DNA of 64,000 bases, taken from the NCBI GenBank assembly GCA_965153285.1, contig OZ229113.1. The stretch is one strand, 5' to 3'. Of this stretch, positions 28,601 to 44,003 are shown piece after piece. The number at the start of each line of letters is the position of its first letter. The stretch's first letter is position 1. The position numbers and the translations under genes are program-made. Source of the DNA: Podarcis tiliguerta. Taxonomy: Eukaryota. The notes under the pieces are model-generated. The model saw only the letters and a list, made by a program, of their open reading frames with translations. It made no database searches and was not told where the DNA came from.

Positions 28601-31600
28601 AAGTAAATTGTTGTACTAACAAAAGCATCAAATAAGCACATGAAAATTTGCATTAAGACTGACAAAACTTCATTGCCTCTCCTCCCATTTCCCTTCACCT
28701 TCTGAGACATTTCCTCTTGAAGCTGCTGTTCTACTTCTTTTCTATATTCAGCAAGTTTTACTTCAAACGACTCAGATTTGTGGCACTGAGGATACATGTC
28801 TGCAAACTGTTCATCAATCAGTTGAAGTTTCTCAGCTATGAAAAAATATACAAAAGGGATTGTTCCATTATATGTGATCATACTAAACAAAAGAAATTTA
28901 CATTGTTGACATTTTTATAGGGGCCAGCTCTCCTAATTCATTTTATTATGCTATGATGCCAATGATGATTTATATTTATTGGTTGCTTTACTCATGGAAA
29001 CATAGTAAGAAATACTAAAACCAGTTACAATAAACACCATCAATAACTCCCCCCATCCCAAATCACACATCTATAGAAATAAGAGACATGTCTTACAGAT
29101 CCTGCCCCCTCCCCAAAGAGTCCACAAATACTTTTTAAAATCTTCAAATTAATGACCTAAAGCTTAGGTTAAAAGGAAGTCTTTGCCTGGTGCCTAACAG
29201 ATAAATATAGCACCAGACAAAAGTCCCGTTAGAGAGCAGTCCACAAGCAGGAAGTAACTACTGAAAAGTGGCAGAGGGCACTCAATTGTGATTGACTGTG
29301 TCAACAGCCTGCACCATTCACATATTACACAAATTAGCCAGGGCCTCAAAAGAAGCACCAGTCATATGAGTCGGAAAATCCCCAAGAGCTACCTGGAAGC
29401 CATCCGCCTCCACGGGAAGGCCAACCTAATTGGTCCCCTGCCTCTGATGAGGGGGAAAGGGTCTGAAAGCATAAATCTATGACTAACCTCTACTAAAAAG
29501 AGCACCAAGGAATAAATGAAAGAGAGAAAACAATATAGAAATAAATCAGGTATCTAGCAGCCTGAAGCTATGCTCCAGCTTAAATAGATGCCACTGTACT
29601 CCAGACTGCATCTGTATTCCATTCCTAACTTTCATTCTATGAATAGATTGCTTGGGCTAGTATTGCATTTGTGTTAGATCTGTTCATCTGAAATATGTTT
29701 TCTGTCCTATGCAGTGTTTTGGAGTATACAGTACAGTGATGATAAAGGATATTCTGCAATGGCTAAAATGGAAAATAACCTTTTCCCCACAACCATAGAG
29801 AGAATGCCTGGGCTGCAGGTGCAGGAAGTAGAAGAGGATGATGTGACTGGTGTATACATTAGTATACTTTTTAACCCTGCAAGATTATTTTTGGGGGGGA
29901 GGGGAATAATTCTGCTATTTTTGTTCTACACTTGTGCAGCTGGCTAGGTGTAGCGAATTCATTGGACCAGTCTAGTACATACCTATGCAATCACATACCT
30001 ATCTTTCCAGAGAACTCTCTGTACCATTTTCAACGTTTCTGTTTTCTCTCAAAGCACAAAACTCACAACCATATTGTGTTGAAATGTGAACCCACAATTA
30101 TGTTTTGATCCACATTTAGAAACTGCAACATATAAATATGTGCAACTCCTTCCTAGCTAAAAGCTTTCCCAACTTTTTTGAAGGATTATATGCTTTTTAA
30201 AGGTAAAAAGTTGTACATATACTCCAGTTAGTGAAGAGTTATGTCAGAAGCAGTAGGAAAGCAAGGCTACAGAACAGATGCTACAGTATTCTCTTTCTTA
30301 AGGCTGAATATATAAATAGCTAAGAAAGTCTGAGGATAAAGCAATTGCAGTAACTCCACTTACCAAGAGATTCTTTACCAGGTGTGGGACTGGTCTGAGT
30401 TTCTGTGTTGCAGATCTGCTTATGCAGGCTATGGTCTATCAGTTCAGTTAATATCTGTACAAGAAAGCCTTAGAGATACACCATTAATCACACATCTCTT
30501 CTCCAACAAATGACAAGTTTCAAACTCAAGAAGGAATAAATAATATTTTGCAACAGTAAAAGAGTACCAATGAACGGAAGTTGAACAATTCTAAAGAAAA
30601 AAAGCTGCCCCTCTTATTTTTAAAATTTCTTCAAAAAGAGCCTATGGTAGCAAATAATACATAAAAATGTTTTTTTTTAAAAAAAAACAACTAAACATAT
30701 CTGAAACATTTCAAAACAGGTAAAACATTTTTAACATATAACATGTACATATGGTTTCCAACACCCATATTATGGGGAAGTTGTTTGAGAGTGTGCTGGC
30801 TGCCCAGTTCCAGGTACTCTTGGAGAAAGCAGATTATCTAGACTCATTTCAGTCTGGGTTCAGGCCTGGTTATGAGACTCCATTGGTCTTGATCACCTTG
30901 GATGCTCTTTATCAGGATAGGGGACTGTAACCCTCTTACTCTACCACTCAGCTGCTTTTGATACTATCAACAATGCTTTCCTGCTGGTTCGGCCTTGTGA
31001 GTTGGGAGCAGGGGACACTCTTCTGCAGTGTTACCACTATTTGTGGGGCTGGTTCCACAGATAGCATTAGGTAACCGTTTGTTAGCAGTTATGAAAGGAA
31101 CCATCTTGTCCACACTACTATTCAACATCTATATAAAGCTATTGGGAATGGTCATTAAGGGAGTGCTTCTTATTTCTCTGCAACATCTGAATCAGGAGCT
31201 GTGCAGATTCAGAATCAGTGACTGAGAGTAGTGATGGACTAGATGAGGGCCAATAAACAGAAACCCAGCAAGATAGAGGCTTTGTGAGTAGGTTGTCCCC
31301 AGGTCCAGGAATTAGGCAATTTGCCTGGTCTGGATAAGGTTGCACCTGCTCTGCAGGAGCTGGTTCATACAATGGGGTGCTTCTGAATCCATCATTAACA
31401 CTGGAGGCTCATGTGGCTCCAGGGGAAATGAGTGTCTTCTATCAGTTTCAGTAGATATGCCAGCTGCAGCCATTCCTAGAGACAGTCTTGCTGCAGTGAC
31501 CCAGGCACCGGTAACCTCAATACTTTATTAATGCAATGTGTTCTACATGGGGCTTCCATAATATTGGTCTAGAAGCTGTGCAGAATGAAGCAGTTAGGTT

Positions 31601-34600
31601 ACTAACACCATTTTTAAAGGAACTGCCCTGGCTGCTAATTTGCTACAGCACCAAGTTTTAGGTATTAACGTATAAGGCCCCAAACAATTTGGGACCAGGT
31701 TATCAAAGTGAACATCTTCACCTACGCAAATCTGCCCATTCCCTAACATCACCTAACATCATGGATAAGCCACAGCCAGAAGACATCCACTTGGATTACC
31801 CAGTAAGAGGGCCTTCCCTGGCTGTGTCCACTCTCCCAAATTGTCATCCCTAGAAATAAGGCATGCGCCAACAATGAGGCAACTCCAGCACATGCTGAAA
31901 ACTTTTTTGTTTAGCAAGGTTTGTGATGGCTACTGATGCTACTTTTTCTTGTATTTGTATTATATTTTGATACTGCTGCACACAGGCTTCAGGTGGCCAC
32001 AAAATGTGCATTATTTTGTTTTTCTGTCTAAATATTTATGTATGCTATCCAGAGTTGCTGTTCAAACTCCTCTCCTCCAAACAGCAGCTTGCCTCTTCAG
32101 CAGCAGGATCTGCTTATGCGAAAATGTCAAAGAAACCACTGGACACTTATTTTAATGTCAAATGTTTCCATCTGTTTTTAACTGCTGTACTTTTATTATT
32201 AACATTAAAAAAAATTAAACCATGGAGATTTTGAGTGAAACCCAGTTTTGAGTTAACTGTTATTTAAACAATTAATTAAATTGTTTAAACACGTGTGCAT
32301 AATTTTAAACACACACAATATCTTTGGACTGTGGCCTACAATCTTAACTTACTTAGAATATATGTACATTATAGTTGTACCTTTCGTATTCTCTTTTTCT
32401 GAAGCTGAAATCTGGAAAAACAAAAAAATTATTTAGTCAATTTATACTGCAGTCCCGAGCTCCAGCTGAAGAGCTGCAAAGTAGCTGCCACACCCCAAGC
32501 CCTGCCACTCCCACTGGCCAGGGCAAAAGCTATGGGACATATCCTTCCCCCTTTTTTGCTGTGTGAATTCCAGGCAGGTGCACCAGAGGGGCCTGAGGAA
32601 CAGGCAGCATCCCACAATACTCCCTTTGGGGCTTTTCTGCAAGCTTCTGCCAGTGAGAGAACAACCACTAATAGTTTCCCACTCCACAGAGTGCAGTAGG
32701 GCCTTCGCAGCAGTGAAGCAAAGGGTCTCTACCACCTTATCCTAACCCTCTTCCACAGCACAGGTGGAGGATTTTGACTGCATTCTTATCTACCCAATGC
32801 TTAACAAAAAATAAGATTGCAAGAAATAAATTATTTTACCAGTGCTTTGTAAAGATCAGTCTTTGGATTGATCCTTATCAGCTGTAGTAAATCTTGCATG
32901 GTGAGCGCCTTTATAAGGAGATAAAGAAACCGGATAACTCTCAATTATACATTTGACAATCCATATTGTCAAAACAAAAAAGTTAAACAACTAAGCCAAC
33001 AAAATCAAAATGAGATAATGATTGGGATATCACATATACCTTCACTGTTTGTATCAAGGCCAATTATTGCATGCCATCATACACACTTTTGCAGTCAAAC
33101 ACACAGGCACTCAGAAGTTAACACAGTTTCACAATGATTCGCATTGAGTCTTACAATCATTCACTCTTGCATACACACACGAGTTCACACATACACAATG
33201 TCTCACCTTCAGAGGCTCAGAAACAGCCACTCAGTCAGGCATGCACAAAGTCTTTCCTAGAATTTTCCATAACATATCTCAGACTGCTTCTAAGCTGGCT
33301 GATCCAACTGTAATTAACTTTCCAATCAACAGCATTCATTCTGAAGTGGCTTCTTCTCTGTACTTTAGATGTTTTGTGGGACCATTTGACCTCCAGTAGG
33401 CATTGGAAAGAAGACCCTACATCAGGCATTCCCAAACTCGGCCCTCCAGAAGTTTTGGGACTACAACTCCCATCATCCATCGTTAATAGGACCGTGGTCA
33501 GGGGTGATGGGAATTGTAGTCCCAAAACATCTGGAGGGCCGAGTTTGGGGGTGCCTGCCCTACACAGATGAACCTGATCCTGCTGTACGTACCCATAATG
33601 TCTTCTTCCTGAGATTTCCAAGACTAATTAAAGGCCTGATCCTAGCAGAAACAGATCCCTCTGTCTCCTGTTGGCAAGTCAACAGACTTTCCTACACCCA
33701 CTTTTGGACTGTTTGTAGTTACATATAAAATGTGGACACACACACACACACAGCATTATGCTCTTCTGGAGTGGTGGTGTTATAAATTGTTTGAGGATTC
33801 TAGGGGGTCAATGTGTGCATGGCCGTGTGTGTGTGTGTGTACTGGTGTTCAGTAAGATAGCTAAGATCTGTTACTGGGCCACACTTACTTACTTACTTAC
33901 CTAGTAAAAAATGACAAATGCATTTTTGGACTAAAGATGGTCTAGATAGGTTGATAGACAATGTAATAACTGCACTGGATAAACAGGACTTCATTTATGT
34001 ACTGAGCATAATTTAACACATCCTTCAAAAGAAGGTACTTACCTTATCCTTTTCTAATCCACTTTCTGGATAGAAGACAGACAGTGAATATTCATAGCCA
34101 CATCTGCGCAGGTGATCTGCCACCAGACTGTTAGAAGCACCAATTAACAATGAACTGCATTCACTAGAAACAGCTTGTGGCTGAATTTTTCCACTTAAAA
34201 TGGGATTCATTAGATCATGTATGAGCTGGTTTCGAAGCTGTGTCTGGCACAAAGAAAAAATTATATTATTGTTAACTGGGATTTCTAGAAGAAAAAGTGA
34301 AAAAGAAACATTAAATAAATTGAAAAAAGTTTAAGACTTTGATATGTTAAGTGTACTGAAACCTTGTGTTACACTGGTGTGTATAATGCTTTACGCATTG
34401 AACAGTCAAGCAATACATCAAGAGAAAATCTGGCAGTAATATTTCTTTCAATATATCTCACAATTTCATGGCTTATATACACACACCTTTGCCCTACAGT
34501 TGTGACTACTATATCAATGTCTACTTTATTGTGCTTTAAATATATTGAAAGCTGCCTTGAGAATTTCAGTGAGTAGGCAGGGTATAAATACTGCTTAATA

Positions 34601-34739
34601 AATTAAAACCCTTATTTTAATCTTGCTTAATTATATCAAATACCTTAAGTGAATCCAAAACACCTCGGCTCTTAAATGTCTGATATAGTCTTCTCCGGAG
34701 TTCATCTTGTGACAGAGCTGGAAATTCATCTGAAGACAT
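11002..34739 (-). CDS. OFD1: OFD1 centriole and centriolar satellite protein (LisH plus coiled coils), ~1025 aa
   Basis: 22 coding exons with GT-AG sites and consistent phases, 3078 nt from ATG 34739 to TGA 11002. Peptides include [35 protein letters not shown], LisH motif [28 protein letters not shown] and [13 protein letters not shown] short upstream coding exon cannot be excluded. Confidence 0.96.
11502..11563 (-). CDS. OFD1: OFD1 penultimate exon (DFKKEAE...GKED)
   Basis: GT-AG sites, 62 nt, phase 0-2. Confidence 0.82.
13290..13454 (-). CDS. OFD1: OFD1 exon (CMQESVE...[12 protein letters not shown]...ANE)
   Basis: Conserved NP(L/M)EKYMKIIQQ; the acceptor (ttcataaaag) is weak. Confidence 0.85.
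14753..14970. mobile_element. Tc1/mariner (Tigger-like) MITE
   Basis: Imperfect TIRs CAGGCAGCCCCCCTGTTTACA / TGTAAATGGGGGAGCTGCCTG with TA on both flanks. Confidence 0.75.
15056..15237 (-). CDS. OFD1: OFD1 Glu-rich coiled-coil exon (GAEITALE...EKANEEL)
   Basis: GT-AG sites, 182 nt, phase 1-0. Confidence 0.88.
16169..16285 (-). CDS. OFD1: OFD1 exon (QEDIPEQLE...SQQDI)
   Basis: ctcccctag acceptor, gtgagt donor, phase 1-1. Confidence 0.87.
   Translation of the reverse strand: MKRTFQNSSKAMCHIHLRLLVESMFRLLCQQRALHSRT
17915..17944. repeat. (CA)n microsatellite
   Basis: Direct reading. Confidence 0.95.
18189..18310 (-). CDS. OFD1: OFD1 exon (LHQQQ...[17 protein letters not shown])
   Basis: ccttttag acceptor, gtaagt donor, phase 2-1. 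Confidence 0.87.
19179..19326 (-). CDS. OFD1: OFD1 exon (TVASSF...CKQKL)
   Basis: ttctgcag acceptor, AAG|gtaatg donor, open frame, phase 1-2. Confidence 0.85.
19639..19712. repeat. Compound (AC)/(CT)/(GT)/(AC) microsatellite
   Basis: Direct reading. Confidence 0.9.
19928..20518 (-). CDS. OFD1: OFD1 large exon ([10 protein letters not shown]...RRLSSTP...LFSE)
   Basis: GT-AG sites, 591 nt; lies inside ORF 19899..20528. Confidence 0.95.
21474..21585 (-). CDS. OFD1: OFD1 exon (IEHCVQLK...LKQTQT)
   Basis: GT-AG sites, 112 nt. Confidence 0.92.
22103..22233 (-). CDS. OFD1: OFD1 exon (LSRPSAE...KQLQNE)
   Basis: GT-AG sites, 131 nt. Confidence 0.9.
22334..22559. mobile_element. Tc1/mariner (Tigger-like) MITE
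   Basis: TIRs CAGTGCTACCTCGGGTTAC / GTAACCAGAGGTACAACTG with TA TSD. Confidence 0.8.
23365..23554 (-). CDS. OFD1: OFD1 exon (LEIDSVKAQ...ENLELRD)
   Basis: GT-AG sites, 190 nt. Confidence 0.92.
23687..23778 (-). CDS. OFD1: OFD1 exon (KAMLLHEE...SKELE)
   Basis: GT-AG sites, 92 nt. Confidence 0.92.
23851..24180. mobile_element. Tc1/mariner (Tigger-like) MITE, young and CpG-rich
   Basis: TIRs CAGTGGTGCCTCGCAAGATGAA / TTCATCTTGCGGGGCACCACTG with TA TSD; internal GCGGCTTAGC repeats. Confidence 0.85.
24223..24296 (-). CDS. OFD1: OFD1 exon ([24 protein letters not shown])
   Basis: GT-AG sites, 74 nt. Confidence 0.92.
24838..25210. mobile_element. Tc2/pogo-like MITE
   Basis: TIRs CCGTACTTTTCTGT / ACAGAAAAGTACGG with TA TSD. 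Confidence 0.8.
25521..25640 (-). CDS. OFD1: OFD1 exon (AQNLQE...[12 protein letters not shown])
   Basis: GT-AG sites, 120 nt, phase 2-2. Confidence 0.92.
27327..27433 (-). CDS. OFD1: OFD1 exon ([11 protein letters not shown]...IEAFE)
   Basis: GT-AG sites, 107 nt. Confidence 0.92.
27949..28122 (-). CDS. OFD1: OFD1 exon ([14 protein letters not shown]...QKQQE)
   Basis: GT-AG sites, 174 nt. Confidence 0.93.
28699..28835 (-). CDS. OFD1: OFD1 exon ([11 protein letters not shown]...EMSQK)
   Basis: GT-AG sites, 137 nt. Confidence 0.93.
30364..30468 (-). CDS. OFD1: OFD1 exon ([10 protein letters not shown]...KESL)
   Basis: GT-AG sites, 105 nt, phase 1-1. Confidence 0.92.
30765..31930 (+). mobile_element. 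Decayed L2/CR1-clade LINE fragment (RT region and 3' end)
   Basis: Residual translation [33 protein letters not shown] and [15 protein letters not shown], with stops and deletions; boundaries approximate. Confidence 0.75.
32381..32411 (-). CDS. OFD1: OFD1 31-nt small exon ([10 protein letters not shown])
   Basis: ttttccag acceptor, AAG|gtacaa donor; needed to reconcile phase 0 to phase 1. Confidence 0.88.
32840..32908 (-). CDS. OFD1: OFD1 exon ([23 protein letters not shown])
   Basis: GT-AG sites, 69 nt. Confidence 0.92.
33423..33557. mobile_element. Hairpin hAT MITE
   Basis: About 55-bp near-perfect inverted arms (CAGGCATTCCCAAACTCGGCCCTCCAGA...); TSD CCCTACAT/CCCTACAC; degenerate relatives near 680-800, 16873-16982, 40361-40465, 44926-45045 and 48401-48520. 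Confidence 0.8.
34043..34243 (-). CDS. OFD1: OFD1 exon with LisH motif (TQLRNQ...GLEKDK)
   Basis: GT-AG sites, 201 nt, phase 0-0. Confidence 0.95.
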
Positions 34740-34745
34740 TAGGAT
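34644..34745 (-). CDS. OFD1: OFD1 exon (about human exon 2); probable ATG at 34739 ([20 protein letters not shown]...)
   Basis: ttttcag acceptor, AAG|gtattt donor. Confidence 0.9.
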
Positions 34746-37139
34746 CTGAAAACATGAGAAAACAATATTGCTATTTTTGCAGACAACCAAAAACACAAGC
34801 CATGGTAACAGAAATGTTGCCAGGTTTTTAATAATCGCATATCAAAACCCCGAATTTCAAAATTTTAAAGTCTTAAGTGATTCTTAGCAGCATGCATCAA
34901 ATCAGCATTTTTGAGTTGCAAATGCAGGGCTATCAATTAGTGAAGTAAACACTTGCCATCTACAAACATCCTGGTACTTACAAAAGCAGTATTCAACAAA
35001 GGAAGTAAACAAGCATGATTAGTTATATATCTAAGCCACTTTCCTATGTTCTTCTGTTGCCAGCTGTTCTATTCAGAGCATTGAAACTACAATGGCAAAG
35101 AACTGGAGACTTGTCCATTTTTAAAAATGCAGGCCTCAAAATTGTATGAATAGGTTTGATCCCAATGGGATGGAAATTTTAAAATGGGTTTGCAAGGAGA
35201 TTGACTAGGGATTGTGGCAGTGTAAAGGGTAACTGAAGCAAGTAAGGTTGAAGGTAGGATTGAAACACACATTATAATTAAAAAAGGGTGCCTTACTGAA
35301 GTCTGAACAGCCTAATGAACTTTCTATATTTATTTTGTTTCTTTAATGTGCATGATTCTTTAATGTTATATTCTGTATGAATGAAAACCGGTACATCAAA
35401 AGCATACTTTGAATGCCCCTAAAACAGAACTAGAATGCAGTCCTATATGTGCTTACCAAAGAACAAGGCCCACAGAATTCAGTGACTTCTGAATAAGTAC
35501 ACTTAGGACCATACATTAAAACATCTCACTTTTACTGTGCACAAAATGTAAGTAACATTCCATCCCACCTCCCGATATTCTTCCAATTCTAAAATGATCA
35601 AGAAACAGAACTGGGGATTAGGCCAGTACAGCAGATATAATAGGCTCAATTCCCAATGGTGAGTTGACCAGTGTCACAACGACGTCAACCCTTGCATTAT
35701 ACAGCTGTGGTAAACACAGCAATGCTTCTGCCAGTTGTGTTGCCACAGAGAGTAGCCAGCATGAGGCCCTGAAATGGGCACTACAAGGGGTGGGGTAGGA
35801 TTCACTGGATCTTAGTCCCATCCACTCTCTGGAGAGGGGTCTGATTTATGCCTCTCTGCTATAGCAGCTTAGAGCTGGTGCAGCAAAAAACCCGCCAAAA
35901 AACCCCTCCATTTTCATCAGTGTTCAAAACTCCCATTGTTCTAGGCGCATTTTGTGACAGGGAAATTCATTAGCATGAGCAGTTCCTGAGCTCTGGGCAC
36001 AGTGCTGTGCCTAGGATTTCAGATTAAAACTACAGAGTGGAAGGAGAGGACGACCTTTTTCTGCCTCCACACTTCCAGCTACTCTCTGAAGACTGGAAAA
36101 AGAGACCCGCTTAAGAATATTAGGGGGATTGGCAGGATAAGGACTAGACACCATGTGAAAAATGAATAGAATTATTTTAGCTGTAGTTCATTCATTTTCA
36201 GCTTTGTATTTTTTAAAAAAGCATGCTTAGACATTCCGGTGTTGGGCTCATAACCTAGGTTTAAGGTGCCATATCTCTGACACCTTTCATATCTTTGTTT
36301 CTAAACACTGCTTTTCATCCTGGTTGGCAAGCCTGTGAGTGTAATTGAGAATTTGTTGTGACCAGCCTCCCAGGGCCGACTCAGATTGTTCTGCCTATGA
36401 AATATTACGATATGCATAACATTCAGAATCAACAGAAAATTGACGTATGTGGTGACACAATTGTTTTAAGATTCTAGAATAACAGAACTGAAAGGAATCT
36501 GAGATGTCATCTAGACCTGCTCAACACCAGATCAGAAATGCAGGATTACAACACCTGTGACAGCCATCTCTACTTAAACACCTACAAGAAGTCACCACCA
36601 CATAGGCGTAGCCAAGGAGAGGCAGCTGCTACCCCTAAATCAAGTAAATACAAATACTTAACTGACCAATCACATCACAGCTAGCTTGGTTCTGCCCCCT
36701 AACATAAATGCTCCCCCCCCCCCAATAAATCCTGGCTATGTGCATGCACCACCACCTCGTGAAACAATATGCTCCTCTGTCAAACAGCTCATCCTGTAAG
36801 GAAGTATGCCTCCCTGTTATCTCCATCCAGTGCCCTGGTAAATGCCAAGTGGGGAAAGAAAGAGAAAGAAAATACATCTTCTTGCCCTGGAGGAGGAGCT
36901 ATTGTCACAGTATTCGAGCTGCCTATTTCATTTAACTACTAGATGCAACCGAATTTAATACAGGCCATGTTAGCAGTGGACAACGCCAGGGTTTTCCCCG
37001 TTTCCTACCCATTCCCCAATACGGTGTCTGTTCAATTGTGAAACGAACTAGGGGGTAAGCTACTTTACAGGTTGAGTCTCCCGACCTTTTTCGTAGTCCC
37101 TGGGAAACTTCAGACACCTTCTAAATAATACCAATAATA

Positions 37140-37960
37140 ACAATGCGAGTTGCGCGCAGTCCAGAGCACATTCTCTTACGTGTTTTTTTTTTAAACGACC
37201 CTTCCTACTAGCCCACCTCTTTGCTAGACCTTTCGCTCCCCGCCTGCTTTCTGGCCGGCCCCGAGAAGCGCACTCCGCTCCCCGCCCGCCTGGTCGTACC
37301 GCGAGGGCGGCTGCGAAAGGGAGCGGCTACGCTTCTCTGGTCAAGGAGAGGCGCTTCAGGAAGCCGGCCGGGCACAACTCGTGAGGCGCGGCGGCGGGGC
37401 CCTTCTCAGCTCCTCCTTCCGAGTTTCAGGGTCTATTTTGTGGCGAGGAGAGCGGGGAAGTTCTGACACGGGCAGAAAAAGGGAGGCAGCAGCAGTCCGT
37501 GAAGTCGCCTCTGAGGCGCGACGAGAGGCTCTTCCAACGGCCTCGCGCAGACGCGCTTCTCAAGGTCCCGCCCCCACTCCCAACGGCCACTCGCTCCCAA
37601 CCGCCGCTTCTAGGCTCTCGTTGCCGCGGTTACTGCGCTCAGCCAAACACGTCGCTATTGCAGAACTCTCGCGACAACTCGCCGCTGAGAGACCCGCCCA
37701 TCAGAATCAACCAATAAAAGGGGCTGGTCTCTATGACTACATCACTCTGCGCCGGATGTTTTGGGGAGGAGCGCCTCGCTGCCTTCTGTTTTCTCTTGTT
37801 TCTGTATCTGCTTTCTGGAGCTCAGGTAAAACCTCTTCTTCCTACTCCTGTTAAAACGTCTGCTTGGAAAATAGTAAAACTGGCCCCCCGCTGAACGGTC
37901 GAGGGTAGAGGCATTAATGGGGGACACCGGTGGTTCCCCGTTGAGGTTCTGTGCGGTTCA
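37140..37960. promoter_or_regulatory. CpG island, bidirectional OFD1/TRAPPC2 promoter
   Basis: Dense CpG between divergent genes; X-box 37620-37633, TCTCGCGACA 37667-37676, CCAAT 37711, ETS-like CCGGATGT 37752; probable TRAPPC2 exon-1 donor CAG|gtaaa at 37825. Confidence 0.85.
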
Positions 37961-37998
37961 TGCCCACTCACCCTGAGGCCTGAATGTCTGCCAGGATG

Positions 37999-38123
37999 AT
38001 AGAATCATATAATTGCATAGTTGGAAAGGACCATGAGGGTCATCTAGTCTAGCCCCTGTGATTTGCAGGAATCTTTTAGGCCAATGTGGGGCTCGAACCC
38101 ACGACCTTGAAATCAATAATCTC
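37999..38123 (-). mobile_element. 5'-truncated tRNA-Lys-derived SINE with CR1-like 3' tail
   Basis: Reverse strand reads GGTCGTGGGTTCGAGCCCCACATTGG (3' half of tRNA-Lys-CTT), followed by a CR1 tail ...GACTAGATGACCCTCATGGTCCTTTCCAAC...ATGATTCT. Confidence 0.75.
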
Positions 38124-38410
38124 TTTTCTTTTTGTTGTTGGTATCGGTCTGCCTGGAGATACAATGGAGTGTGCCTCCAGGGGTGAAGTTAACTGCTGCG
38201 TTTGCAGCACTAAAGTGACCTCCCCAGGATGCAAGCCTGGGCACTGTGAACGGAGGTTCTGGGCTTCCCCTACAACAAGACTTCACTCTTGGCCTCACTA
38301 GTGTGGTCCAGATGAAAGCAGAGCTACTTAGGAAAGAAGGTTGGAGAGAAAGACCAGCTTGAGTCTTCAGCTGTATGATCTATGCTCTTTTTCAGACTTC
38401 AGCTGTATGA

Positions 38411-42200
<3,790 letters not shown>

Positions 42201-43807
42201 GTTACTATAACTGTATTAGAACCTAATTAGCCAGCTGTATATCTGACATTTCTGAACCTATAAAGGCTCATCTATATTTAAAACAAACAAACCACTTAAG
42301 GCTATCTATTACCTTGTATGAAAACCAATTTCAGGAGCCTAACAGATGTCTTTATTATAGGTGATCACTCTAGCTATAAAACATTTGTATATATCAAAAT
42401 TAATTTTAAAAATTAAATATTTAAAGCAGCACCTCCACTAGCTTGGCAAAAGGTTAAATGAAGAACCTAGTTTTTTTTAATAACTAAAGCAAGCCAGACC
42501 TCAGGATTTTTTGATCAGTGTGAAAGCATTCAGTTCAGGGCTATGTCAGTATTAAGACTAACCAGATACCAGAATGGTGTGTTGAAATGAAAAAGCAGAA
42601 CAGAAACACAACTACCCCGAAACACATAGTTACAAGTGAATCGCCTCAGTTCAACTTGCTACCATTTTATTGGAATAATTGAGCACATAGTTGGGCAGAA
42701 ACGCACTATTTGCTTACAAGTGACTTCATTATCACATGCACATGTGAATGAAGCAACAGGATGCAAAAAGGATGATGTGTTTTGCCTGAAAACTTATTTG
42801 TAGTAACTTGCTGCTCCTCAAGTTTTTACTCAAAGTATTAACACCAAGCAACTAAACTGAAATTTAAAAGGTCAGAACTAAATCCCACTACTTTGTTTTC
42901 TATAATACGCTTATTATATTGGGAACAATCCAATCAGGTTAAGCACTATCCAGTCCTATTCTAGGTAGATTGAATAGCCTGTATTCTTAATCCTCTAACT
43001 TTGACATCAGTGATGTGTACTGTATATGAAAGACCATATAGCCTTAGCCTGGAAAAGAGTAAGGAAGAAAGCCAAAAACATCTATAGGTAGTCTGGTTCT
43101 CAATAAAGCCTTACATTAAATAACTCATTTATATGTTTTGCTTAAGCCTATTGAAGTTTCATTGTGCTAGATTCCTACTTGGGGGTTACGTTTCACGACA
43201 AACATACTGAAGTAATAGGATAACATATGTGATGTTTGATTCATTTGCAGAGATTCTGAATTAACATTCCAAATAAAATGTAAATTTATAATATTATATG
43301 CATTGATGCTTTCTGAATGGGTCATTAAGTCTTTCAGTTCATTAAACTATTCTGATATTAACTGCTGCCCTGGGTATGTTGTAATTTAACAGGAGGAAGT
43401 ATTCAGCAGTACAAACAGAGTATGCTGTGTCTTTAACCATTTAGATCTCTTTTCTTTAGTATATGTAGAAAAAGCCTTGGATAACTAGCACAAGTCATAA
43501 TACTTCAGAGCTCTCTGAATTACAGTAACACAAGTCACAAAACCATTTGGCCCAAGGATTCTGTGACATTGTGCTGTTCAAGAACACACACTATGGCTGG
43601 CACCCAAAACTGTGCAGGCAGTGTTCTGCTCATGCAGCAGAACTTCTGCTTCCTCTCCCCACTACCCACCAATCTGCTGGATCAATTTTGGAGAATGCAC
43701 GAGGGGCTTCAGGAGAGGAGAAAGTTGCTGTTTTACAAGCAAGAGTCTGTTGTGCAAACAAAATGGCAGCACTGGGTACAGCCCATTATAAATGGGCACA
43801 AGACAGG

Positions 43808-43919
43808 GTGGTATTCAACAAAGTTTTACTCTTGAGTGGACCCACTGAAATTAATGAACATAAGCTAGGTCCATTGAATTCAGTAGGTCTGTGTTGAGTA
43901 AAACTTAACTGAATACCAC
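43808..43919. repeat. Palindromic interspersed repeat (MITE-like)
   Basis: GTGGTATTCA...TGAATACCAC termini with internal symmetry; similar sequence near 3195-3290. Confidence 0.55.
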
Positions 43920-44003
43920 TCCAAGTTAACATATACTTGTAGGGTTACTATTTTCTGGGAAACATCTTATTTGAGGAACATTAGCAATGTTTTTTTCAAA
44001 AGA

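Noticed and set aside
38070-38123. tRNA-Lys gene on the - strand
   Set aside because: Only a mutated 3' half is present, with no D-arm or A box, and it is fused to a CR1-like tail, so it is a SINE.
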